Source: Halorussus marinus
Lineage (GTDB): Archaea > Halobacteriota > Halobacteria > Halobacteriales > Haladaptataceae
Reading direction: 5' to 3'
Length of the DNA: 64,000 nucleotides
Assembly (NCBI RefSeq): GCF_004765795.1
Contig: NZ_SBIV01000003.1
Coordinates: 310,001 to 374,000 of the forward strand
In this document: in pieces, positions 9,134 through 18,648 of the stretch
How the letters are laid out: each line of letters starts with the position of its first letter
Numbering within the stretch: the first letter of the stretch is position 1
The notes under the pieces: model-generated
Told to the model about the DNA's origin: nothing
Seen by the model: the letters and a program-made list of their open reading frames with translations, nothing else
Database searches by the model: none
Made by a program: the position numbers and the translations under genes

Positions 9134-9622
9134 GTGACAACCGCTGGCGTGGGTGACGAAACCGACGTGCAGGTCCGCCAGGCCGTGCAGGCAGACCTGC
9201 TCGCGGTGTTGCGAATCGAGCGCAAGTCGTTCCCCCAGCCGTGGCCGTTCTCGGCGTTCGAGCGCTACCTCGGCGAACCCGGCTTTCTGGTGGCGGTCGA
9301 CGACGCCCGGGACGACGAGAGCGTCGTGGGGTTCGTGGTCGCCGACCTCGTGCCGAACCACGGCCGGCCGCTCGGCCACGTCAAGGACATCGCGGTCCAC
9401 CCCGACTGTCGCGGGCGGGGGCTCGGCAGGACGTTGCTCGCCCGCGCGCTCGCCGTCCTGGGCGAGCACGGCGCGCACACGGTGAAACTCGAAGTCCGGG
9501 AGAGCAACGACGTCGCCCGGTCGCTGTACGAGGAGTTCGGCTTCGAACACCTCCGGAGGTTGCCGCGGTACTACGACGACGGCGAGGACGCGCTGATTCT
9601 GGTCGTCGAGGTCGACGAGTAG
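9134..9622 (+). CDS. rimI: RimI-type N-acetyltransferase
   Basis: IERKSFPQPW, DIAVHP..RGRGLG, LEVRESN, RYYDDGEDA; GTG start about 26 nt after CTTAAG. Confidence 0.92.
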   Translation: MTTAGVGDETDVQVRQAVQADLLAVLRIERKSFPQPWPFSAFERYLGEPGFLVAVDDARDDESVVGFVVADLVPNHGRPLGHVKDIAVHPDCRGRGLGRTLLARALAVLGEHGAHTVKLEVRESNDVARSLYEEFGFEHLRRLPRYYDDGEDALILVVEVDE

Positions 9623-9669
9623 CGTTCGCGAGCGTGGCGCTTTTGCGGGCCCGGAACGTACCCCGGCCC

Positions 9670-10125
9670 ATGGGACACGCCTGCCCGGTCTGCGAGACGC
9701 CCCATCCCGACCCCGAGCACCTCGCCAACCACCTCGCGTTCACCGCGATGCTCGGCGACGAGGCCCACGAGGCGTGGCTCGACGAGCACGCTCCGGGGTG
9801 GCACGAGCAGGGCGAGGACGAACTCGCCGAACGCGTCGCCGAGTACGGCGGCGAGGTCGGCTTCCCGCAGGTCTTCGACGACACGACCCACGACCACGAT
9901 CACGGCGACGAACCCCGCGCGGGCGACCTCTTCGAGGACGAACTCGAACGCGCCAACGGCCGCGGCCGCGGATCGGCGGCCGGCGGCACCGGCGCGGGCG
10001 CGCTCGACGGCGAGGCCCAACAGATCCTCCGGGAGGCCCAGGAGATGACCGAACAGTTGCTCGACGAGGGCGACGAGAGCGACGGTGGGAGCGTCGAGGA
10101 CGACGGCGCGGACGAAAGCGAGTAG
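9670..10125 (+). CDS. Conserved haloarchaeal protein with N-terminal CPxC/His zinc site (DUF5810-like)
   Basis: MGHACPVCETPHPDPEHLANHLAFTAML. Confidence 0.8.
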   Translation: MGHACPVCETPHPDPEHLANHLAFTAMLGDEAHEAWLDEHAPGWHEQGEDELAERVAEYGGEVGFPQVFDDTTHDHDHGDEPRAGDLFEDELERANGRGRGSAAGGTGAGALDGEAQQILREAQEMTEQLLDEGDESDGGSVEDDGADESE

Positions 10126-10149
10126 TTCCCCGGGTCCGAACGCCCGCGC

Positions 10150-10572
10150 ATGGAGACTCACGGGTTTCTCGCACCCGAGACCGAAGCTGCGGCCCGCGAC
10201 CGCTACGAGGCGGTCGGGCCGGCGGCCCAGACCGTCGTCAAGGAGACCGCCAAGGCGATGGCGTTCGACCGCGAGGAGTACGACGAGCGCGTGACCGGCG
10301 AGGTGATCGAGACCGCCCGCGACGCGCTGTTCGCGTCGCTGCTGGCGGTCCACACCGGCGACCGCGAGGAGTACGAGTCGTGGCTCGCCGACCGCGACCG
10401 AGAGGTGACCGAGCGGGGAAGCGAACACGTCTCGCGGGTCGCGTGGCACGACGCCCTCGGCGAGACGGTCGTCGCCGCCACCTACGAGACCGAGACCGAC
10501 GCGGCGGTGGCGACCCTCCGGCGACAGGCCTACGGGAGCGTCTACCGGGAGCGACTGGCGGCTCCGGAGTAA
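10150..10572 (+). CDS. Conserved haloarchaeal protein (DUF5809-like)
   Basis: Acidic 140-aa ORF ending in ATLRRQAYGSVYR, directly after the previous gene. Confidence 0.8.
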   Translation: METHGFLAPETEAAARDRYEAVGPAAQTVVKETAKAMAFDREEYDERVTGEVIETARDALFASLLAVHTGDREEYESWLADRDREVTERGSEHVSRVAWHDALGETVVAATYETETDAAVATLRRQAYGSVYRERLAAPE

Positions 10573-10604
10573 CGCTTTTTCTCCGGCGGGACGAAGTATC
10601 GAGT

Positions 10605-10757
10605 ATGACCGAAATAGCAGTGCGGAAACTCGGCGTGCTGGGCGTGCTCGGCGTGTTGGGCGTCTGGACGGGCGAGCCTGCGCTGTTCGGTCTGTTCGCG
10701 CTGTTCGCGCTGTTCGGGTCCGACCGGACGATCGAACTCCCGACCGCCGGGAGCTAA
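10605..10757 (+). CDS. 50-aa membrane micro-protein with LGV and LFx repeats
   Basis: MTEIAVRKLGVLGVLGVLGVWTGEPALFGLFALFALFG; ATG about 27 nt after CTTTTT. Confidence 0.65.
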   Translation: MTEIAVRKLGVLGVLGVLGVWTGEPALFGLFALFALFGSDRTIELPTAGS

Positions 10758-11212
10758 GGCTCCGGTCCGCTCGGCGCCTCCCGCACCTCGTCGGTGCAGG
10801 CGGCGTACTCGTCGCGGGGGGCGTTGCACTGCCCGTCGCACGGGTGGTCGACCAGCGCCCTGAGCCGGTCGATCGCCTCGGGCGACAGCTCCTGTCCGAA
10901 CGCGCGCGGGTCGTCGTCGAACGCCGCCGGATCGAGCCCGAGGTCGTCTTCGAGGAAGTTCTCGGCCACACACCGCCGCCAGAGGAACTCCCGTGCGGTC
11001 GCCTCGCCAGCGTCGGTGAGCGCGACCCCCTCGTACTTCTCGTAGTCGGCGAGCCCGCGCTCGTCGAGCCCGCGGAGCATCTCCGTGACGCTCGCGGCGC
11101 TCACGTCGAGCTCCGTGGCGAGCTCGCCGGTGCCCGCCCGGCGGTCCGACCGCGCGGTGAGCAGGTGGACGTGGCTCAGGTACCGCCCCACGCTCTCGGA
11201 GACGTCGCTCAT
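10754..11212 (-). CDS. DtxR/MntR-family transcriptional regulator (divergent)
   Basis: GELATELDVSAASVTEMLRGLDERGLADYEKYEGVALTDAG. Confidence 0.85.
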   Translation of the reverse strand: MSDVSESVGRYLSHVHLLTARSDRRAGTGELATELDVSAASVTEMLRGLDERGLADYEKYEGVALTDAGEATAREFLWRRCVAENFLEDDLGLDPAAFDDDPRAFGQELSPEAIDRLRALVDHPCDGQCNAPRDEYAACTDEVREAPSGPEP

Positions 11213-11323
11213 CGTTTTCTGACTCGCCGCGAACGATAATAAGCCTACTCCCGACGGTGTGGGGCCGGCGCCCGACGGCCGGCGATGGTCATGCTTTACC
11301 CGGCGGGAGCCGACCGACCTCAC

Positions 11324-11854
11324 ATGGGAGACGACTGGCGCGTCATCGAGTCGGTCGCGGAGTACGAGACCGGCTGGTACACCGGCGGCTACGATCTGGT
11401 CGAACAGCCCGACGGCTCGACGAAGCAGTACTACTGGGCCGAACTGCCGCCCGCGGTGGTCGTCCTCGCGGTGACCGACGACCGCGTCGTCTTCGTCGAG
11501 CAGTACCGGCCGACGATCGCCGAGACGTGTCTGGAGTGTCCGGCCGGCATCGTCGAGGACGGCGAGTCGTACACGACCGCCGGCGCCCGGGAACTCCGCG
11601 AGGAGACCGGCTTCGACCCCGCGGGCGTCAGCCTGCTGGAGGACTTTTACTGTTCGACGGGCGTCCTCCGCCACGAGCGGGGGATCGTCTTCGCGGAGGG
11701 ACTGGCGCCGGTCGAGCAGGACCTCGACGACAACGAGTTCCTCTCGGTCCGATCGATACCGGTCGCGGAGGCGCTCGACGCCGCCCGCGAGGCCCCCGCC
11801 AACGACGCCACCATCGAGGCGCTGTTGCTCGCCGAAGCCGAGGGACTCCTCTGA
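11324..11854 (+). CDS. NUDIX hydrolase (ADP-ribose pyrophosphatase-like)
   Basis: EQYRP, PAGIVEDGESYTTAGARELREETG. Confidence 0.92.
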   Translation: MGDDWRVIESVAEYETGWYTGGYDLVEQPDGSTKQYYWAELPPAVVVLAVTDDRVVFVEQYRPTIAETCLECPAGIVEDGESYTTAGARELREETGFDPAGVSLLEDFYCSTGVLRHERGIVFAEGLAPVEQDLDDNEFLSVRSIPVAEALDAAREAPANDATIEALLLAEAEGLL

Positions 11855-11883
11855 GCCGGGGCGGGGCCGAGGCGCGCTCGGGG

Positions 11884-14589
11884 CTACGTCTCGACCCGGA
11901 CGCTCGGGTCGTACCCCAGCGCGTTCGCGAGCAATCTCGTCCCGAGGTGCGAGACCGAGTACTCGTTGAGCCCGAACGGGTGGAGGAAGTCCTGGGTCGC
12001 CGGCGGGAGGAGTCCGCCGACGACGTGGACAGCGCCCTCGCCCGCGCCCGCGATCGACCCCGCCGCGACCCCGGGCTCTATCTGAGTGTACTCGCCGGCG
12101 GTAGTCGCCGCGACCGTGCCCCCGGCGTCGGTGAACGCCTCGGGGTCGACCAGCGTCATCGGCGCGTCGTCGCCGATGCTGTACCCCAGCGGGACGAACT
12201 TCCCGATCTCTCTGGCGTTGGGGTCGGTCCCCGCGAGCAACGGGTGGTCGTCGTTGCGGTCCCCGAGGAAGGCGGTGAACAGCGTCTCGTCTCTGATGTC
12301 GTCGGGCCCGACCTCCGCGACGGGATCGGCGTCCATCGCGCCGAGCAGATGGACGCCCCGGTCGGTGAGCACGAGCGTCCCGCCGGCCTCGACGTACCGA
12401 TCGAGTTCGGCGACGTACGTCTCGTCGTCGCGCCCGTCGGCGTGGATCGCGACGAGGTTCTCGACCGCCGGGGCGTCGCCGTCGACGAGCCCGCCGCTCG
12501 CGACTTCGTCGACGGTGACAGCTCGCGTACTCCCGCCGCCGCCGAGCGACGCCTCGAGGTCCTCGAAGAACGCGAACGGGCTCACCTCGTAGGACCGCTG
12601 GTCGAACCCGAGCACGTCGCTGGGGTTCGGGCTCTCGCTCTCAGCGCGGAGCACGCCGACCTCGACGTCGAACTCCAGGAGCTCCCCGCCGTCGTGTTCG
12701 AGGACTACCGACCACTCGCCCGCGGCCGGCGACGCGACGACTAGCTCCTCGGGCCGGTCGGCGCCCTCGGCGAGCCCCCGGCCGGCGATGCGGTCGCCCG
12801 TCGGCCCGTCGAGCCGGACGCTCACGCCCGGAAGCGCGGGCACGGTGACCGCGAGCTGGGCGGCGTCCTCGGTGGCCGCCACCGGTACTCGCTCGGTTCC
12901 GCCGCCGTCGAGGGTGACGCCCACTCGCTCGGTCTCGTAGCGGGTCTCGCCGCCGTCGCCGTACGGGAGGTCCTCCGAGCGGCGCGTGAGCGAGTCGGTC
13001 TCCACGTACGCGGTCGACGCCCCGCCGGTTTCGACGCTCGCGCTCACGTCACCCGCGGCGTGCTCGGCGACCGCCCGGATCACGGTCGCGTTCCCGACGA
13101 CCCACGCGTCGACGAGGTCGGGGACGAACTCGCCGACCGAGTAGACGGTCTCGGTGGCGAACGTCTTGACGTCGCCGAGCCCGCCGTTCTCGCGCGACGC
13201 CGACAGCCAGCTTATCGTGTCCCCGCTGGTCGAGTAGCCGAGAATGTCGAACAGCGTCCCGTACTGGTAGGTGTCTTCGGGCGTCGGCGGCGACTCGCCG
13301 TCGTCGCTCACCCGGTCGTTGAACCGTTCGAACACCGACTGGAGTTCGTCGCTGGCGATCAGTTGGCCGAGCGCCGACTCCTCGAGCGCCTCGTCGACGG
13401 ACCGCTGGAGCGCGTACAGGTCCGCGAGGTCCTCGAAGTCGTAGTCGCCGTTCAGGGGGAAGCCTTCGAGGAACGACTCGGAGCTGTAAAACCCGTGGAG
13501 GTCGAGGCCGTACTCCAGATTCTCGTAGTCGCGGGTCCGGAAGTACTCCGCGATGTCGAGTTCGCCCGGCACCGACTCCGCGATCTCGGGCGGGACGTCC
13601 CGGTCGACGCCCGAGCGGTCGTCGTCGAGGTCCGCCCCGTGCGGTTCGGCGGGGACGTGGCCCGGGTCGATGTACCCCGGCGTGGGGTACGATCGGTTCG
13701 GATCGGCGCCGGTCGGGAGGAGCGTCCTGTACTCGTTGGTCCGGACGACCTGCTCGGGGGTGACCTCCTCGCCGCTGTAGTAGTAGGTGTGGTTCGCCAC
13801 CCACCCCGAGGGGTTCGCGATCAGGAACACGAGCGCGATGTCGTCGAGCAGGCGTTCGACCCTCGGCTCGTCGCCTTCGAGCAGGTCTTCGAGGAACCGG
13901 AACATCGCCTCGGGCCCCTGTCGCTCGCTGCTGTCCTGATTGAACACCAGCACCTTCTCCTTCTGTTCGAAGCGCTCGGCGTCGTTCACGTCGTTGGTGA
14001 TCTCGGCGAGCCAGATGTCCTGGGGCTCGGTCTCCCGGGTGACGAAGTTGTACCAGCCGGCGGTCTGACCGATCGTCCGGAGAGCGAGCCGATCGGGGTG
14101 TCGGGCTTCGAGGTGCTGGATCCCCTGTACCATCTCCTCGAAGGAGATGAAGCCGACGCTGTCGTTGGCGGGCGGAAAGACCCCCTCCGAGTAGTCGCCG
14201 AGCCGCCAGAACGCGTTCGCGCCCGGCGAGAAAAGCAGGCGCTCGACGGCGTCGAGTTCGACCAACTCCTCGACCTGCTCGGGCGTCGGACGGGCGTACG
14301 CGGCGGTCGTCGGGTCCCGGGTCGTTCGCACGTCGAAGTCGAACGACTCGATCCGGTCGAGCCCGGACGCGTCGGCCACCTCGAGTAGCGTCTGTATCCG
14401 GTCGCCGGTCGGCGTGTGGTTGGCGACGAACCGGTACGTGTCGGTCATCTTCTCCGATTCGACCTGCGCGGTCGCGGCCCCCGGGAGCGCGAGCGTCCCG
14501 GCCGTCGCGGTCGTCAGTCGAAGGAACGTCCGCCTGTCGACGCGCGCGTCCGCGAACGTCCCGTCGGTCGGATCGTCGTTTCGTGTCAT
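11884..14589 (-). CDS. Tat-exported M14 zinc-carboxypeptidase-like protein
   Basis: DRRTFLR signal, ANPSGW, DPNRSYP, LDLHG, C-terminal beta-rich domains. Confidence 0.8.
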   Translation of the reverse strand: MTRNDDPTDGTFADARVDRRTFLRLTTATAGTLALPGAATAQVESEKMTDTYRFVANHTPTGDRIQTLLEVADASGLDRIESFDFDVRTTRDPTTAAYARPTPEQVEELVELDAVERLLFSPGANAFWRLGDYSEGVFPPANDSVGFISFEEMVQGIQHLEARHPDRLALRTIGQTAGWYNFVTRETEPQDIWLAEITNDVNDAERFEQKEKVLVFNQDSSERQGPEAMFRFLEDLLEGDEPRVERLLDDIALVFLIANPSGWVANHTYYYSGEEVTPEQVVRTNEYRTLLPTGADPNRSYPTPGYIDPGHVPAEPHGADLDDDRSGVDRDVPPEIAESVPGELDIAEYFRTRDYENLEYGLDLHGFYSSESFLEGFPLNGDYDFEDLADLYALQRSVDEALEESALGQLIASDELQSVFERFNDRVSDDGESPPTPEDTYQYGTLFDILGYSTSGDTISWLSASRENGGLGDVKTFATETVYSVGEFVPDLVDAWVVGNATVIRAVAEHAAGDVSASVETGGASTAYVETDSLTRRSEDLPYGDGGETRYETERVGVTLDGGGTERVPVAATEDAAQLAVTVPALPGVSVRLDGPTGDRIAGRGLAEGADRPEELVVASPAAGEWSVVLEHDGGELLEFDVEVGVLRAESESPNPSDVLGFDQRSYEVSPFAFFEDLEASLGGGGSTRAVTVDEVASGGLVDGDAPAVENLVAIHADGRDDETYVAELDRYVEAGGTLVLTDRGVHLLGAMDADPVAEVGPDDIRDETLFTAFLGDRNDDHPLLAGTDPNAREIGKFVPLGYSIGDDAPMTLVDPEAFTDAGGTVAATTAGEYTQIEPGVAAGSIAGAGEGAVHVVGGLLPPATQDFLHPFGLNEYSVSHLGTRLLANALGYDPSVRVET

Positions 14590-14676
14590 CTCGTTGTCCT
14601 CCCTTCGAGACACGCTGTGCGACGGTCCAAACGATAACAATTCGCATCCGTTCCCCGACACCTCTCCGGGGAACTA

Positions 14677-15345
14677 TCACCGGCGGGCCGCGATCCGGGC
14701 CCGGATCGCCTCGACGTACGTCTCGCGGTCGTAGCCGAGTCGGGGGAGCCAGACGTTCTGGTAGGAGGGGTGGACCAGCGGGAGGACGGCGGCGTCGAAG
14801 TCCTCGGATTCGACCGGATCGAGCACCCCGTCGAGAAACGACTCCGGGGCGTCGTCGCCGAGCACCGACAGGGTCGCGTGCTTGCCGGTAGTCGCGATCA
14901 CGGCGGGGTCGATCCGCTCGATCTCTGTTCGGAGGTGGGTCCGGCAGTTCGCGCGCTCGTCGGCGGTCGGCTCGCGGTTCGACCCGTCCTCGCCCTCCGG
15001 AAAACACTTCACCGCGTTCGTGACGTACAGCTCCTCGGGACCGAGGCCGGCGTCGGCGAACAGTTCCCGGACCGTCCGCCCGGAGTGACGGGAGGTGTAG
15101 GCCTTCCCGGTCCAGTTGCCGCCCCGCCACCGGTCGGCGTCCGAGTCGCCGTCTCTCGGCGAGGCGCCGCTCGAGTGATCGGTCGAGCGCGGCTCGACGC
15201 CTGCCGCCGGCGCCTCGCCGACCACCACCACCGCGGCGTCGAACGAGCCGTTGCCCCACGCGATCCGCTCGCGCGACTCGACCAGCGCCGGACACCGCGA
15301 ACACCCGGGTTCGAGGACGTGCTTCGAGTCGGGGAACTGGGCCAC
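14677..15345 (-). CDS. udg: Uracil-DNA glycosylase family 4/5-like
   Basis: CSRCPAL, VGEAP, TNAVKC, NREPT...C, HPS. Confidence 0.9.
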   Translation of the reverse strand: MAQFPDSKHVLEPGCSRCPALVESRERIAWGNGSFDAAVVVVGEAPAAGVEPRSTDHSSGASPRDGDSDADRWRGGNWTGKAYTSRHSGRTVRELFADAGLGPEELYVTNAVKCFPEGEDGSNREPTADERANCRTHLRTEIERIDPAVIATTGKHATLSVLGDDAPESFLDGVLDPVESEDFDAAVLPLVHPSYQNVWLPRLGYDRETYVEAIRARIAARR

Positions 15346-15448
15346 GAGCGACGTTCGCGCTCGGCGGTTCTGAACGCTTCGCTCCGAACGTGAGCCGAGT
15401 TCACACGCCCGCCGAACCTATTTGGGGTCGCGCGACCGTCTCGAGTAC

Positions 15449-15952
15449 GTGACTCTCGACGTTCGCGTCGCGGTCCCCGACGACGCGCCGGCGGTCCGGC
15501 GGGTCGCCCGCGCCTCGTGGCTGGCCGCGTACGACGATGTCGTCGCCGAGGAGACGATCGAGGCCGCGATCGCAGACTGGTACGACGTCGCCGACCTCCG
15601 GGCGTCGATCGGGCGGGCCGACGCCCGGATGCTGATCGCCGAGCGCGGCGACGAGGTCGTCGGCTTCGGGCAGGCGCTGGTCGCCGAGCCGACCGACGAG
15701 GCGGGAGCCGAACTCGCGCGCCTCTACGTCCACCCCGACCGCTGGAACGAGGGGATCGGGTCGACGCTCCTCGACCGACTCGAAGACTGGCTCCGCGAGC
15801 GCGGCGCCGACGGCGTGCGGCTGGCGGTGCTGGCGGACAACGACGCGGCCAACGCCTTCTACGAGAGCCGTGGCTACCGGCGCGTCGACTCGCGCGAGAT
15901 GGACCTGAAGGGCGAGACCGTCGACGACTACGTCCGAGAGAAAGGCCTCTAG
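15449..15952 (+). CDS. GNAT acetyltransferase
   Basis: RLYVHPDRWNEGIG, N..ANAFYESRGY. Confidence 0.9.
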   Translation: MTLDVRVAVPDDAPAVRRVARASWLAAYDDVVAEETIEAAIADWYDVADLRASIGRADARMLIAERGDEVVGFGQALVAEPTDEAGAELARLYVHPDRWNEGIGSTLLDRLEDWLRERGADGVRLAVLADNDAANAFYESRGYRRVDSREMDLKGETVDDYVREKGL

Positions 15953-17256
15953 TCTTCGACGACCTCGATGCCGCGGTTGTTGACCGCCGCGGGGTCGAGC
16001 CCGACCTCTTCGAGAAACTGCTTGTACTCGCGCTCGCAGGCCTCGGCGTCGGCCTGCTTGTCGCTGGCGCGGTCACAGAGCGCCACCAGATCCTCGGGCA
16101 CGTCGTTGGTGTAGACGATCCAGTGGTTGATGAGGTCGCTGAGCCGCCGGATCGGGCTGGTGAAGTGGCCGTAGATCTCGAAGTTCAGCGCGTGGTGGCC
16201 GCCGAACGGGTCGTTCATGTACTTCGCGCGCGGCATCACCTTCATCACCGCCCACTGGATCTTGTCGAGCTGGCGCTTCGGGGCGTCTTCGAGGGTCGCG
16301 TTGACCGCCTTTCGGGGCTCGTCCCACGCCTCGCCCGGGATCGAGACGCCGTCGAGCTCCTGGATCTCCTGGAGGGCTTCGCCCCACTCGTCGGGGCTCG
16401 GCTGAGGGTGGACCCGGTACATCGCCTCGACGCCGCGGTCCCACATCAGCTTGTGGGTCACCGCCTTGTTGGCCTTCAGCATGCACTCCTCGATGATGGT
16501 GTGGGCGCGGTCCCGCCGGGGGTTCAACACGAGGCTCCCCTCCTCCTTGCGGAGTTCGTGCATCCGGTCGGCGAGCTCCCAGACCAGCTCGCACTTCTCG
16601 GCGAGGTCGACCTCGGTGTCTTCGAGGAGGTCGTCGGCGGTCTCGGGCTCGTCGAGCAGTCGCTCGGCCTCGGTGTAGGTGAGCCGGGCGTCGCTCTCGA
16701 TGACCGACTTGTAGATCTCGATGCTCTCGTAGCCGAGGTTCTCCTTGTCGAGGTGCATCTCGACGGTGTGGGCGAGTCGGTCCTCGTTGGCCACCAGCGA
16801 GCAGACCGTCTCGGCCAGCACCGGCGGGAGCATGTGGATGGTGTAGGCGGGCAGGTAGACGGTGTTGGCCCGCTCGACGGCCTCCTCCCACATGTTCGAC
16901 TCGGGGTCGACGTAGTGGGTCACGTCCGCGATGTGGACCCACAGGACGTACTCGTCGTCGCGCTCCTCGACCGACAGCGCGTCGTCGAAGTCCTGGGCGT
17001 CGATCGGGTCGGTCGTCCAGGTGGTCATGTCCCGGAGGTCGCGGCGCTCGTCGACCTCGTCTCGTATCTCCTGTTGGATGTCCTCGGTTCGCTTTTCGGC
17101 CTCGGTGAGCACCGACTGGGGGAACTCGTCGCGGATCTCGAACTTCTCGAACAGCTCCTCGCGGTGGGCTTCGAGTCTGTCGGCCAGTTCCGGAGAGATC
17201 TCGACCGGGCCCTGTCCCTCGGGGGTGCCGGCCTCGGCCTGGGCGTCGCTTGTCAT
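15949..17256 (-). CDS. rnr: RNase R / RNB-domain exoribonuclease
   Basis: TTDPIDAQDFDDA, VHIADV, HFTSPIRRLSDL. Confidence 0.95.
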   Translation of the reverse strand: MTSDAQAEAGTPEGQGPVEISPELADRLEAHREELFEKFEIRDEFPQSVLTEAEKRTEDIQQEIRDEVDERRDLRDMTTWTTDPIDAQDFDDALSVEERDDEYVLWVHIADVTHYVDPESNMWEEAVERANTVYLPAYTIHMLPPVLAETVCSLVANEDRLAHTVEMHLDKENLGYESIEIYKSVIESDARLTYTEAERLLDEPETADDLLEDTEVDLAEKCELVWELADRMHELRKEEGSLVLNPRRDRAHTIIEECMLKANKAVTHKLMWDRGVEAMYRVHPQPSPDEWGEALQEIQELDGVSIPGEAWDEPRKAVNATLEDAPKRQLDKIQWAVMKVMPRAKYMNDPFGGHHALNFEIYGHFTSPIRRLSDLINHWIVYTNDVPEDLVALCDRASDKQADAEACEREYKQFLEEVGLDPAAVNNRGIEVVED

Positions 17257-17369
17257 ACCGAACGGTTACGGGGACGAGTAGTTAGGCGTGTCGGAGCGTA
17301 CGCCCGTTTCGGCGAGCGCTCTCGCCCGAGCCGGGGGTCTCGGCGCCGTGCCCCTCGGGTCGGGCCGCG

Positions 17370-17669
17370 CTATCGCTCGTGGTCGAGCGGCCCGTATCGC
17401 TCCTCGACCGCCCGCGCGTAGCGGTCGAGAAACTCGATCTCGCTCAGCTCGCCGGCGTCGATCTCCACCAACAGCTCCTCGAGTTCGTCTCGGGGCTGGT
17501 GACAGAGGCCGGTGTGACACTCCTTGCAGAGATGTTCGAACGTCTTTCCCTTCCGGTCCCACCGGTCGCCCTCCTTGTCGTACTCGCGGGCGGCCGACCG
17601 GGTGACGGTCTCGCCGCAGGCGATGCAGTCGACCGAGTCGTTCCCCCGGCTACTCCGGGTGCCCCACAT
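17370..17669 (-). CDS. Small Cys-cluster (zinc-finger) haloarchaeal protein
   Basis: CIACG...REYDKEGDRW...HLCKECH. Confidence 0.8.
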   Translation of the reverse strand: MWGTRSSRGNDSVDCIACGETVTRSAAREYDKEGDRWDRKGKTFEHLCKECHTGLCHQPRDELEELLVEIDAGELSEIEFLDRYARAVEERYGPLDHER

Positions 17670-17829
17670 ACTACCGACCACGCGCCGCCGTTACTTGCGG
17701 TTTTCGGTCAGCGATTCGACGAGATCCCGCGAGCGTAACGAGAGCTTACCGGGCGCCGACCCGGTCCGAGCGCCCTGCGACGCCGTCCCACCGCGGGGCT
17801 TATTCGGATCCGCCCACAACCTCGATCCG

Positions 17830-18189
17830 ATGGACGCCGAAATCTCTCCCGACGAACTCGCCGACCTCCTCGACGCCGACGCGGACGTCTGCATCGTCGA
17901 CATCCGGCCCGCGGCGCAGTTCGACCGCGGTCACATCCCGGACAGCGAGAACGTCCCGTTTCACGCGCTCGCCGACGAGATCGAGCGCCTCGACGGCGAG
18001 GAACGCATCGTTACCGTCTGTCCGCACGGCAAATCGAGCGTGCAGGCCGCACGGCTCATCGCCTCCTACGAGGGCGTGTCCGACGCCGCCCGAGTCGAGA
18101 GCCTCGCCGGCGGTCTCGACGCGTGGGACGGCGACCTCGAAGCCGCCGAGCCGTCCCCGACCGACGAAGGACCCGAGAGCCCGTTCTGA
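17830..18189 (+). CDS. Rhodanese-domain protein
   Basis: IVDIR...GHIP, VCPHGKSS, LAGGLDAW. Confidence 0.9.
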   Translation: MDAEISPDELADLLDADADVCIVDIRPAAQFDRGHIPDSENVPFHALADEIERLDGEERIVTVCPHGKSSVQAARLIASYEGVSDAARVESLAGGLDAWDGDLEAAEPSPTDEGPESPF

Positions 18190-18257
18190 CGGCCGAAGGC
18201 GAAAAATATCCGTAGTGGCGCCACTGCGCCCCGCTCCGCACAGCCTACCGCGCGGGG

Positions 18258-18557
<300 letters not shown>

Positions 18558-18648
18558 TTAGGGATTGATTGTCGGGGTACAAAACAGTGTCGCTACCTGC
18601 GCCTTTCGGCGGCGTCGAGCGCCGGGCTCGGGGCCTCCTCGCCGGTCG

